Positions 46,464 to 54,646 of a stretch of DNA of 64,000 nt are shown here, in pieces. A model generated the notes under the pieces. The model searched no databases. It saw only the letters and a list, made by a program, of their open reading frames with translations, and was not told the DNA's origin. Each line of letters opens with the position of its first letter. Positions within the stretch are counted from its first letter, which is position 1. The position numbers were made by a program, and so were the translations under genes. The stretch covers positions 140,053 through 204,052 of the forward strand of contig JADJUS010000022.1 of the NCBI GenBank assembly GCA_016716905.1. Direction: 5' to 3'. This DNA is from Acidobacteriota bacterium (GTDB lineage Bacteria > Acidobacteriota > Vicinamibacteria > Vicinamibacterales > SCN-69-37).

Positions 46464-47675
46464 ATGTCTTCGCCTGCGCGGCGCCCGCTGTCCCGTCCCG
46501 ATGCGCCGCCCGGTGCCCTGCGCTGGATCCTCGTCATCGTCTTTCTGGACATGATGGGTTTGGGCCTGCTGGTGCCGGTGATCCCCCTGATCGTGCGTGA
46601 GTTTCGTGCCGACGCACTGACGATTGGCTGGCTCTCGCTGGCGTATGCGGCCGCCCAGTTTGTGACCACGCCCCTGCTTGGCGCGTGGTCAGACCGTCAT
46701 GGCCGGCGAGGCGTGCTGTTGCTCAGTTTCCTGGGTTCGGCCGTCGCGTATTTTGCATTCGGATGGGCTCCGGCCTTGTGGGTGCTCTTCGCCGGCCGGA
46801 TCGTTGATGGCCTGACCGGCGCCAACGTCGGCATGTCGCAGGCGTACATCGCCGACATTACGGAAGCCGGCCAACGTTCGCGTGCGCTGGCGCTCTCGGG
46901 TGTGGCACTCGGCACCGGATTCATCGTGGGCCCACTCGTGGGCATCGGTCTCTCGGCGTTCGGACCGCACGTGCCGGCATTTACGGCGGGAGGCCTGGCA
47001 CTGGCCAGCACGATCCTCGCATGGTGGCGGCTGCCGGAGTCACTGGCGCCTGGTACCCGGGCCGCGCCGGCGGCGACACACCAACTGAATCCGTTTGCGC
47101 CGCTCCTGCAGGCGCTCGGCCGCAGCTCCCTTCGGCCGCTCCTGATCGCGACGTTTCTCGCAAGCTTCGCCATGGCGGCGCTGCGTTCACACTTCGCGTT
47201 TTTTGCGATCGCGGTCCTGGCGTTCAGCCAGTCGGATGCCAACCGCGTCATCGCGTTCCTCGGGGTGATGATGGTCGTCGCTCAGGGCGGACTCGTCCGA
47301 CAGGCCGTGCAGCGTTGGGGCGATCACGGCACGCTTGTGGTGGGACTGGTGCTGAGTGCCATTGGGTTCGCCGGCCTCTCGGTCGCGTTCTCGCCGTCGA
47401 TGCTGTACCTGATGGTCGCGGTCACCGCCGTTGGCGTTGGCCTCGGCACCCCGACGATGGCGGCGCTCGTCTCACACCGCTCGGGTGCCATTGAGCAGGG
47501 CGTGATGCTGGGCGCTGCACAGGCGGCGGCGGCGCTCGCACAGGTCTTGGGTCCCGTCTGGGCGGGTTTTATCTTCGATCGCGCCGGGCCACAGTTTCCG
47601 TTCAGCACCGGCGCCGCCCTCGTCGCAGCCGCCCTGCTTGTCGTGACGCTCAATCGCCCGAAAAACGACCTCTGA
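46464..47675 (+). CDS. MFS transporter (TCR/Tet-like)
   Basis: 12 TM helices with MFS motif A: GAWSDRHGRRGVLLLS. Confidence 0.85.
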   Translation: MSSPARRPLSRPDAPPGALRWILVIVFLDMMGLGLLVPVIPLIVREFRADALTIGWLSLAYAAAQFVTTPLLGAWSDRHGRRGVLLLSFLGSAVAYFAFGWAPALWVLFAGRIVDGLTGANVGMSQAYIADITEAGQRSRALALSGVALGTGFIVGPLVGIGLSAFGPHVPAFTAGGLALASTILAWWRLPESLAPGTRAAPAATHQLNPFAPLLQALGRSSLRPLLIATFLASFAMAALRSHFAFFAIAVLAFSQSDANRVIAFLGVMMVVAQGGLVRQAVQRWGDHGTLVVGLVLSAIGFAGLSVAFSPSMLYLMVAVTAVGVGLGTPTMAALVSHRSGAIEQGVMLGAAQAAAALAQVLGPVWAGFIFDRAGPQFPFSTGAALVAAALLVVTLNRPKNDL

Positions 47676-47687
47676 GGTCGTTTTCTT
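47661..47687 (+). terminator. intrinsic-terminator-like hairpin straddling the MFS stop codon
   Basis: aaaacgacctc-t-gaggtcgtttt followed by cttc (T-rich). The sequence is related to the inner arm of element B in lpxK. Confidence 0.6.
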
Positions 47688-47753
47688 CACCCGGGATATC
47701 CTTCCCCTGTGGTCGCCCGCAGTCCCCGGCACAGCACAGGCGTCAGCCAGGCT

Positions 47754-49136
47754 ATGAGGATGATGGCCGACCAGGCATTCAGCCGCGCAGCCGGCGCGCC
47801 GCTTGTGGCCGGCAACTCCGTGCGTGTCTTGCGTGATGCCGTCGAAAACTATCCGGCGTGGGAGGCGGCGATCCGCAACGCTCGACGAACCATCCACCTG
47901 GAGATGTACATCTTCCATCGGGATGCCGTCGGACGTCGCTTTGTCGATCTGCTGGCGGCAAAGGCGCGCGAGGGTGTGGCGGTGCGGGTGATCTATGACT
48001 GGTTCGGTTGCGGATTCGGGCCGGCCCTCGGCCTGTTCGACCCCCTTCGACAGGCCGGTGCCGACGTGCGCGTGTTTAATCCTCCGACATTCGCCGCCAT
48101 GCTCGGCTGGGTGAGGCGCAACCACCGCAAGCTCCTGATCGTTGACGCCGACGTGGCGTTCATCGGCGGTCTGTGCATCGGGCAGGCCTGGGAAGGCACC
48201 CGCCGGGCAGCCCCCTGGCGCGATACCGCCGTGCAGCTGCGCGGTCCGGTGGTGGGAGATGCCGAACGATCCTTTGCCGACAGTTGGGCCGCCGCCGCAG
48301 ATGACCGCGAGAGCGACACCCCCGTGCGTGCAGAGGCCCCGCCCATTGAGGGCGACGTGAGCGTGCGGTTGATTCCCACCGCGCCGTTCACGGCCAGTAT
48401 GTTCCAGATGGACCTCCTCGTGGCCGCCATGGCCCGACGACGCCTCTGGATTGCCGACGCCTATTTCATCGGGCATGGCCCGTACGCCGACGCGTTGAGC
48501 CGGGCCTCGCGCGATGGCGTGGACGTCCGCCTGCTGCTGCCGCAGGGCAGCGATGTGGGATGGACCGTACCCGTATCCCGCAGTCTGTACCGATCGCTCC
48601 TCAGCGCCGGCGTCCGGGTGTTTGAGTGGACAGGGTCGATGATGCACGCGAAGACCGCCGTCGCCGACTCGCGCTGGAGTCGTGTGGGCTCCACGAACCT
48701 GAATATCAACAGCTGGCTCGGCAACTGGGAACTCGACGTGGCGATAGACGACGAGGGCGTGGCGAGCACGATGGAGGCGCAGTTTGAGGAGGACATGGCC
48801 CACGCCACCGAGATCACCCTCTCGGAACGGGGCCGGCTGCTGGCATCAGGACCGAGCCGCAGGACCGGAAGGGCCAGACGGTCGGCACGGCGCGCGGTCC
48901 GCGAAGTCACGGGCGTGGCGCGCAGTGTCGGCGCCGCGCTGACCGCAAGCCGGCCGCTCGAGGATTTTGAAGTGACGCCGCTGGTGGTAATGGGACTGAC
49001 CGGGATGATTGTGGCTGCGCTCTCGGTCTGGCAGCCGTGGATCGTGGCCTGGCCCGTGGCCGCCGTGGTGGCCTGGGCCGCGGCCAGTCTGTTCGTGGAA
49101 GCCTGGCACGCGTGGCTCGCGTGGAGGCGCCAGTGA
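47754..49136 (+). CDS. phospholipase D family protein (ClsB-like cardiolipin synthase) with C-terminal TM helices
   Basis: Two HKD motifs: HRKLLIVDADVAFIGGLCIG and HAKTAVADSRWSRVGSTNLN. Start is uncertain (GTG 47709 or ATG 47754/47760/47763). Confidence 0.8.
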   Translation: MRMMADQAFSRAAGAPLVAGNSVRVLRDAVENYPAWEAAIRNARRTIHLEMYIFHRDAVGRRFVDLLAAKAREGVAVRVIYDWFGCGFGPALGLFDPLRQAGADVRVFNPPTFAAMLGWVRRNHRKLLIVDADVAFIGGLCIGQAWEGTRRAAPWRDTAVQLRGPVVGDAERSFADSWAAAADDRESDTPVRAEAPPIEGDVSVRLIPTAPFTASMFQMDLLVAAMARRRLWIADAYFIGHGPYADALSRASRDGVDVRLLLPQGSDVGWTVPVSRSLYRSLLSAGVRVFEWTGSMMHAKTAVADSRWSRVGSTNLNINSWLGNWELDVAIDDEGVASTMEAQFEEDMAHATEITLSERGRLLASGPSRRTGRARRSARRAVREVTGVARSVGAALTASRPLEDFEVTPLVVMGLTGMIVAALSVWQPWIVAWPVAAVVAWAAASLFVEAWHAWLAWRRQ

Positions 49137-49969
49137 CGCGACCGGTGGCCATTCGCGCCGTGACGCGGTACGGCGCGGGCCGGCTGACGCACGATCAGGA
49201 TCTGGTGGCGGTGGAAGCGCCGATTGCGTTACGCCTGCACGCGCACACCGGCATCGAACGCGACCTAGGCCTCCTCATGCGCACACCGGGGCATGACGAG
49301 GATCTGGCGGCGGGCGTGCTCGCGGCCGAAGGCGTCGTCGCACGTGCCGGCGACCTCGTGGCGATCGAGGTGCACGACGATGACGCGCGCGAGAGTGGCG
49401 CCGCTGATCGGACGGACGTGATTCACGTCTGGGTGGGCCCCGGGGCGGACGTCAATGCCATCAGTGATCGCGTAGGCACGGCGACCAGCGCGTGTGGGCT
49501 GTGCGGCCGGCTGTCGATGCGACAGATCGACCGCCTGGGCGCGCCACTGGCAGCAGAGACGCCGCGCCTCAGCGCCGATCTCCTTGTGTCATTGCCCGGC
49601 CGGCTTCGCGAGGCCCAACACGCGTTCGCCCAGACGGGTGGGCTGCATGCGGCCGCCGTCTTCACCGCCGATGGCGCTTTGGTGGACGTGCGCGAGGATG
49701 TGGGCCGCCACAACGCGGTGGACAAAGTGGTGGGCGCGCTGCTTCGCCGTGACGGTCTGCCGGCCCGCGACCTGATCCTCGCCGTGAGCGGCCGGGTGGC
49801 GTACGAAATCGTCCAAAAGGCCGCCATGGCGGGGCTGCCGATGATCGTGGCCGTCGGGGCGCCAACGGACCTGGCGGTGGACGCGGCGCGTGCGTGCGGC
49901 ATCACCGTCCTCGGATTCGTCCGCGACGGGCGATTCAACGTGTACACACACGGCCAACGGGTATCATGA
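49133..49969 (+). CDS. fdhD: formate dehydrogenase accessory sulfurtransferase
   Basis: GTG 49133 follows GGAGG and overlaps the PLD stop (GTGA). Motifs TPGHDEDLAAG, SACGLCG and GRHNAVDKVVG. Confidence 0.85.
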   Translation: MTRPVAIRAVTRYGAGRLTHDQDLVAVEAPIALRLHAHTGIERDLGLLMRTPGHDEDLAAGVLAAEGVVARAGDLVAIEVHDDDARESGAADRTDVIHVWVGPGADVNAISDRVGTATSACGLCGRLSMRQIDRLGAPLAAETPRLSADLLVSLPGRLREAQHAFAQTGGLHAAAVFTADGALVDVREDVGRHNAVDKVVGALLRRDGLPARDLILAVSGRVAYEIVQKAAMAGLPMIVAVGAPTDLAVDAARACGITVLGFVRDGRFNVYTHGQRVS

Positions 49970-49971
49970 GA

Positions 49972-50051
49972 GGGGATTTTTCCCCAGTGCTGCGGTGACC
50001 TCGCGAAATTGAACCCGGGACGAGGGCGTGGTTTAGGGATTTACCCAGTGC
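49972..50051 (+). promoter_or_regulatory. pair of direct repeats GGGATTT(n1-2)CCCAGTGC upstream of the multihaem operon (candidate operator)
   Basis: ggggatttttccccagtgc (49972-49990) and gggatttacccagtgc (50036-50051). The first copy contains the palindrome GGGGA-N4-TCCCC. Confidence 0.25.
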
Positions 50052-50109
50052 CGGTCTCTGGGGCAATTGCGGCAAGGATCCTGCAGAGTCAACGAACAGC
50101 GATGCATCC

Positions 50110-51420
50110 ATGACGACCCGTGCGCTCCCCTTTATTGGCTTGCTGACCTGGCTGGCGGCCCTCGGCATGGTGCCGATGGCAGCCTCTCGCCCGCCCTCAC
50201 CTCCCAGGGCGGCGAACCTGGCGGCAATGCAGGCACCGGCTGCGGCAGCCGTTCAGGCACCGTCGAACGACGACTGTCTGTTGTGCCATGGCGAGGCGGA
50301 CGCCAAGGCGGAGAATGGCCGGTCAATCGCCGTGGATGCGTCGCGATTTGGTGGGTCGATTCACGGGGCGCTGGGCCTGACCTGCACCGCGTGCCATACG
50401 GATTTGGCGAGCACGGAATTGCCGCATGCCGCCACCCTGGCCAAGGTCAGCTGCGCCACCTGCCACGAAGACGCCGTTGTGAAGTTCACGGCCAGCATCC
50501 ACTCCACCGCCCGGCGGCAGGGCGCCAATACGTCGGCCGCCACGTGCGTGGACTGCCACACCTCACACGACATTCGCGCGGCCAGCGACCCGGAGTCACG
50601 CACCTACCCGCTGAACCTGCCGGCCACGTGCAGCGCCTGCCACGGTAACCCCGCCATCATCGCCAAAGGGCACATTGCGATTGGCAACGTCGGCGATCTG
50701 TTCAAGGACAGCATTCACGGGCGGGCGATCAGCCGCAGCGGCCTGCTGGTGTCGGCGAACTGCACCTCGTGCCACGGCGCCCACGACATCCTGCCCAAGA
50801 GCGATCCGGCGAGCAAGGTGTTCCGCGCGAACATCCCGCAAGTCTGCGCCGCGTGCCACGGTGGCATTCAGGCGCAGTTTGAGCGCGGGTCACACGGCAC
50901 CGCGCTCGCCGCCGGCAAGACGACGGCGCCGGTGTGCACGGACTGCCACTCGGCCCACGCCATTCAGCGCATCGATGCCGGATCCTGGAAGCTCGACACG
51001 ATCAAAGAGTGCGGCACCTGCCATCTCGACAAGATCAGGACTTACAGGGACACGTTCCACGGCCAGGTGACGTCACTGGGCTTTGTGCGCGTGGCCAAGT
51101 GCTCGGATTGCCACGGCGCGCACGAAGTGCATCCGAAGTCTGATGCGCGCTCGATGGTCGCCCCTGGCCGCGTGCTGTCCACGTGCCAGACGTGTCACGC
51201 CGGCGCCACCGCGAGCTTCGCCGAATACGATCCGCACGCCGACAAGGACGACCCTGCCCGAAACCCGGAACTGTACTACGCATCGCGGTTCATGCACTGG
51301 CTGCTCATCGGCGTGTTCGGGTTCTTCGGCCTGCACGCCGTGCTCTGGCTGCCGCGCAGCATGGCCGAGCGCCGGCGCCGATCGCGGCCGGCCCCGCCCG
51401 AGGAGACCGCGCCTGAATGA
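50110..51420 (+). CDS. undecahaem c-type cytochrome with C-terminal membrane anchor
   Basis: Signal peptide. 11 CXXCH motifs counted by eye: CLLCH, CTACH, CATCH, CVDCH, CSACH, CTSCH, CAACH, CTDCH, CGTCH, CSDCH, CQTCH. C-terminal TM helix FMHWLLIGVFGFFGLHAVLWL. Confidence 0.85.
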   Translation: MTTRALPFIGLLTWLAALGMVPMAASRPPSPPRAANLAAMQAPAAAAVQAPSNDDCLLCHGEADAKAENGRSIAVDASRFGGSIHGALGLTCTACHTDLASTELPHAATLAKVSCATCHEDAVVKFTASIHSTARRQGANTSAATCVDCHTSHDIRAASDPESRTYPLNLPATCSACHGNPAIIAKGHIAIGNVGDLFKDSIHGRAISRSGLLVSANCTSCHGAHDILPKSDPASKVFRANIPQVCAACHGGIQAQFERGSHGTALAAGKTTAPVCTDCHSAHAIQRIDAGSWKLDTIKECGTCHLDKIRTYRDTFHGQVTSLGFVRVAKCSDCHGAHEVHPKSDARSMVAPGRVLSTCQTCHAGATASFAEYDPHADKDDPARNPELYYASRFMHWLLIGVFGFFGLHAVLWLPRSMAERRRRSRPAPPEETAPE

Positions 51421-52265
51421 CCACTCCTGCCGACGTTCCCACGCCCGGGGCCCATCACCGCTTCGTCCGCCGGTTTGATGCGCACGACCGTGTGCTGCAT
51501 GGCCTGCTGATGCTGAGTTTTCTCGGACTGGCCGCCACCGGCCTGCCACTGGTCTTCAGCGATGCCCCGTGGGCGAGCCGGATGGCCGCACTGCTTGGCT
51601 CCTTTGAAATCGCCGGCTGGCTGCACCGTGTCTGCGCCACGCTGCTCATCATCGTGTTTGCCGTCCACCTGACACGCCTGTTTCGCCGCATCGTCGGGCG
51701 GAAGGACTGGGGTGTGTTGTGGGGGCCGTACTCAATGGTGCCGCAGCCACGGGACCTCACCGACCTGATCGGCCACATGCGGTGGTTTGTGGGACGCGGT
51801 CCACGACCACGCTTCGACCGGTATACCTACTGGGAGAAGTTCGACTATTGGGCAGTCTTCTGGGGGATGGGCATCATCGGTGCGTCGGGATTGGTCCTGT
51901 GGTTTCCGATCTTCTTCTCGCAGTTCATGCCAGGATGGATCTTCAACGTGGCGCTCCTGATCCACGGCGAGGAAGCCCTGCTGGCGGTGGGCTTCATCTT
52001 CACGATGCACTTCTTCAACGGCCACCTGCGCCCGGAAAAGTTCCCGATGGACCGGGTCATCTTCACCGGCCGGGTGTCGGAAGCCGAACTGCAGGAGGAA
52101 CGCCCCGATGAATACGCGCGCCTGATCCGCGAAGGGGGATTCGAACGGATTCGTACGGATCCACCTCCCGACTGGCTGGTGCGCCTGGGCACCGTCATTG
52201 GCGCCGTTGCTGTGACGGTTGGCCTGCTGCTGGTGGGCCTGATTCTGTATGCTGTGCTGACGTAA
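51417..52265 (+). CDS. b-type cytochrome membrane subunit (FdnI / Ni-Fe hydrogenase cytochrome b-like)
   Basis: ATGA overlap with the upstream gene. 5 TM helices carrying conserved His (RVLHGLLMLSFLGLAATG, WLHRVCA, VFAVHL, IHGEEALL, FTMHFFNGH). Confidence 0.7.
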   Translation: MTTPADVPTPGAHHRFVRRFDAHDRVLHGLLMLSFLGLAATGLPLVFSDAPWASRMAALLGSFEIAGWLHRVCATLLIIVFAVHLTRLFRRIVGRKDWGVLWGPYSMVPQPRDLTDLIGHMRWFVGRGPRPRFDRYTYWEKFDYWAVFWGMGIIGASGLVLWFPIFFSQFMPGWIFNVALLIHGEEALLAVGFIFTMHFFNGHLRPEKFPMDRVIFTGRVSEAELQEERPDEYARLIREGGFERIRTDPPPDWLVRLGTVIGAVAVTVGLLLVGLILYAVLT

Positions 52266-52280
52266 GACACAACCCTTTCC

Positions 52281-53642
52281 ATGAAAAAACTTCCATTTCT
52301 CCGTCACCCCATTTCCTACTCGGGCGCGCTGCTGGCGCTGTTCAGCGCCACGCTGTTTCTGATTTTTTTCGTCGCCGATTCGGTGGGCTGGCACTCCAAC
52401 CCCTACATGGGAATGGTGTTCGTCATCATCCTGCCGATGGCGTTCATCGCGGGACTCGTGCTGATTCCGATCGGCGTGTGGCGGCAGCATCGACGGGTGG
52501 CTGCCGGCAAAGGCGAGTTGATGTGGCCGACGCTCAACCTCAACTCTCCACGGCACCGGAAAGTGACCGCCATCGTGATGGTGCTCACCCTCATGAACGT
52601 GGTGATCGTGTCGCTCGCGGCGTATTCCGGATTGCACTACATGGACTCGACCGAGTTCTGCGGCACGGTCTGCCACGAAGTGATGGAGCCGCAGCATGTG
52701 GCCTTCCAGAACAGCGCCCATGCGCGTGTGGGATGCGTGCAGTGCCACATCGGGCCTGGCGCGTCCTGGTTCGTGCAGTCGAAGTTGTCGGGCACGCGCC
52801 AGATCGTGGCGGTGACGCTCAACACGTTCTCGAGGCCCATCCCGCAACCGGTGCGCAACCTGCGCCCGGCGCGCGAAACGTGTGAGGCGTGCCACTGGCC
52901 GGAAAAATTCCACGGCGACAAAGTGGTGACGCGCCGGGAGTATGCCAGCGACGAAGCGAATACCATGAGCGAAACCACACTGCAGCTGCATGTCGGTGGC
53001 GGCAGCGACCAGTTGCGCAAGGCGACGGGCATTCACTGGCACACCAGCGCGTCGAGCACGATCGAATACATCGCGACGGATGAAAAACGTGACGTGATTC
53101 CCTGGGTGCGCGTGAGCTACAAGGATGGCACGGTACGCGAGTACGTCGCGGAAGGCACGCCCGCCGATGCGCTGGCCGCCGGGGAACGTCGGCGGTTTGA
53201 CTGTGTGGACTGCCACAACCGCGCGGGCCACCCCTTCGCGAACACGCCTGAACGTGCGGTCGACGCGGCCCTCTCGGCGGGAGAAATGCCGCTGGACCTG
53301 CCGTTTGCGCGTCGCGAGTCGGTGGCGGCGCTCACAGCGACCTACGATTCAAAGGAAGCCGCCCTGGACGCCATCGCCGTCGCACTGCGCGGCTTCTATC
53401 GGACGGAGGTTTCAGCCGCCTACATGGGGCGCAGGCAGGATGTGGAGCGGGTGGTCAACGCGACGCAGGAACTCTATCGGCGCAACGTGTTCCCGACTAT
53501 GAAGGTGGGCTTCGGCAAGTACTCCAACAACATCGGCCACATGGACTTCCCCGGGTGTTTCAGGTGCCATGACGACAACCACAAAGCCGCCGACGGCCGC
53601 GTGATCAGCCAGTCATGCGACCTCTGCCACGAGATTAGATAA
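52281..53642 (+). CDS. NapC/NirT-like membrane-anchored multihaem cytochrome c (5 CXXCH plus 1 CX3CH)
   Basis: Two N-terminal TM helices. FCGTVCHEVMEPQHVAFQNSAHARVGCVQCHIG is a NapC-like core. Further motifs: CEACH, CVDCH, CFRCH, CDLCH. Confidence 0.75.
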   Translation: MKKLPFLRHPISYSGALLALFSATLFLIFFVADSVGWHSNPYMGMVFVIILPMAFIAGLVLIPIGVWRQHRRVAAGKGELMWPTLNLNSPRHRKVTAIVMVLTLMNVVIVSLAAYSGLHYMDSTEFCGTVCHEVMEPQHVAFQNSAHARVGCVQCHIGPGASWFVQSKLSGTRQIVAVTLNTFSRPIPQPVRNLRPARETCEACHWPEKFHGDKVVTRREYASDEANTMSETTLQLHVGGGSDQLRKATGIHWHTSASSTIEYIATDEKRDVIPWVRVSYKDGTVREYVAEGTPADALAAGERRRFDCVDCHNRAGHPFANTPERAVDAALSAGEMPLDLPFARRESVAALTATYDSKEAALDAIAVALRGFYRTEVSAAYMGRRQDVERVVNATQELYRRNVFPTMKVGFGKYSNNIGHMDFPGCFRCHDDNHKAADGRVISQSCDLCHEIR

Positions 53643-53728
53643 TTTCCAGAATGGGACAATGCCGCCGTATCACAGGAGGCACTGAGGCGCACCCCCGCAC
53701 CTCCTGTAATCCGGCGTGAACGCTTCGC

Positions 53729-54085
53729 TCACTTCTTCTTGAGCGATCCCATGTAGGCGACGAGCGCGTCCAGATCTGCGGGCGCCAGCTTGAACGCCTT
53801 CATCTTGAGCGGCTGCTTGACGGCCTGTTTGGCTTCCATCTCTGCCGGGGTGACGATCCACTTCTTGATGTCGTCGGCCGTGAGCTTCGTGCCAACGCCA
53901 TCCAGCGGATACTTCTTCATCCCCTTGCCGTCGATCGCGTGGCAGGTCATGCACTTGTTGGCGTCGTACACCTTCTTGCCCGCCTCAATTTTGGCCGCGT
54001 CCTGCCCGCCAGGTGTTCCGGCTGCCGCCAATGACATACCCGAGACCAGTAACATTCCCGTCAATCCAGCTACGAACTTCTTCAT
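53729..54085 (-). CDS. monohaem class I c-type cytochrome
   Basis: Signal peptide, a single CMTCH, and a distal Met region (PLKMKAF). 118 aa. Confidence 0.85.
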   Translation of the reverse strand: MKKFVAGLTGMLLVSGMSLAAAGTPGGQDAAKIEAGKKVYDANKCMTCHAIDGKGMKKYPLDGVGTKLTADDIKKWIVTPAEMEAKQAVKQPLKMKAFKLAPADLDALVAYMGSLKKK

Positions 54086-54241
54086 AACACGCTCCCTATA
54101 CCTGGAATTATTGCACCAACCGTGCCAACGCGCTGCCGCCCCAGCGTGTCATCGACGGGCGGCATTTCGGCACTTCTGACATTTCTCCCATTTCGCCGCT
54201 GCTGTAAACTTCCTCCGTGGGTTGGGAAGTATTCCGCACCA

Positions 54242-54646
54242 ATGGTTAACAAGACCTCCACCCTGCTGGGGCCGTTGGAATGGCGTGTGCTCGACGCCCT
54301 GTGGGCCCGGGGCGCCGCCGCCACCGTGCGCGACCTCCAGCCTGAGTTTTCCGACATCGCGTACACCACGCTCATGACCACCCTGGACCGCCTGCACCGC
54401 AAGCGGGTGCTCGCGCGCACCAAAGAAGGTCGCGCCTTCGTCTACGAGCCGGTACACGGCCGGGCCGCGTTCGACTCACGCCGGGCCACACAGGCCCTGC
54501 TGGCGGCCGTTGAACGTGGTGGACCATCGGCCACGCCGGTCCTGTCGTGCTTTGTCGAGGCGCTCGGCGACCACGACGAGGCGTTGCTCAGTGAGTTGGA
54601 GACATTGGTTCGCGCGCGCCGCGCGCATCGCGAGAACGCTGAATGA
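54242..54646 (+). CDS. BlaI/MecI/CopY family transcriptional repressor
   Basis: Start at ATG 54242. Winged-helix LGPLEWRVLDALWARGAAATVRDL...YTTLMTTLDRLHRKRVLARTKEGRAFVYEP. Confidence 0.85.
   Translation: MVNKTSTLLGPLEWRVLDALWARGAAATVRDLQPEFSDIAYTTLMTTLDRLHRKRVLARTKEGRAFVYEPVHGRAAFDSRRATQALLAAVERGGPSATPVLSCFVEALGDHDEALLSELETLVRARRAHRENAE

Noticed and set aside
53672-53707. Hairpin ACAGGAGG...CCTCCTGT between the convergent hexahaem and monohaem cytochrome genes, as a bidirectional terminator
   Set aside because: The stem is 8 bp with a loop of about 20 nt and no U-tract, which is too weak to call.
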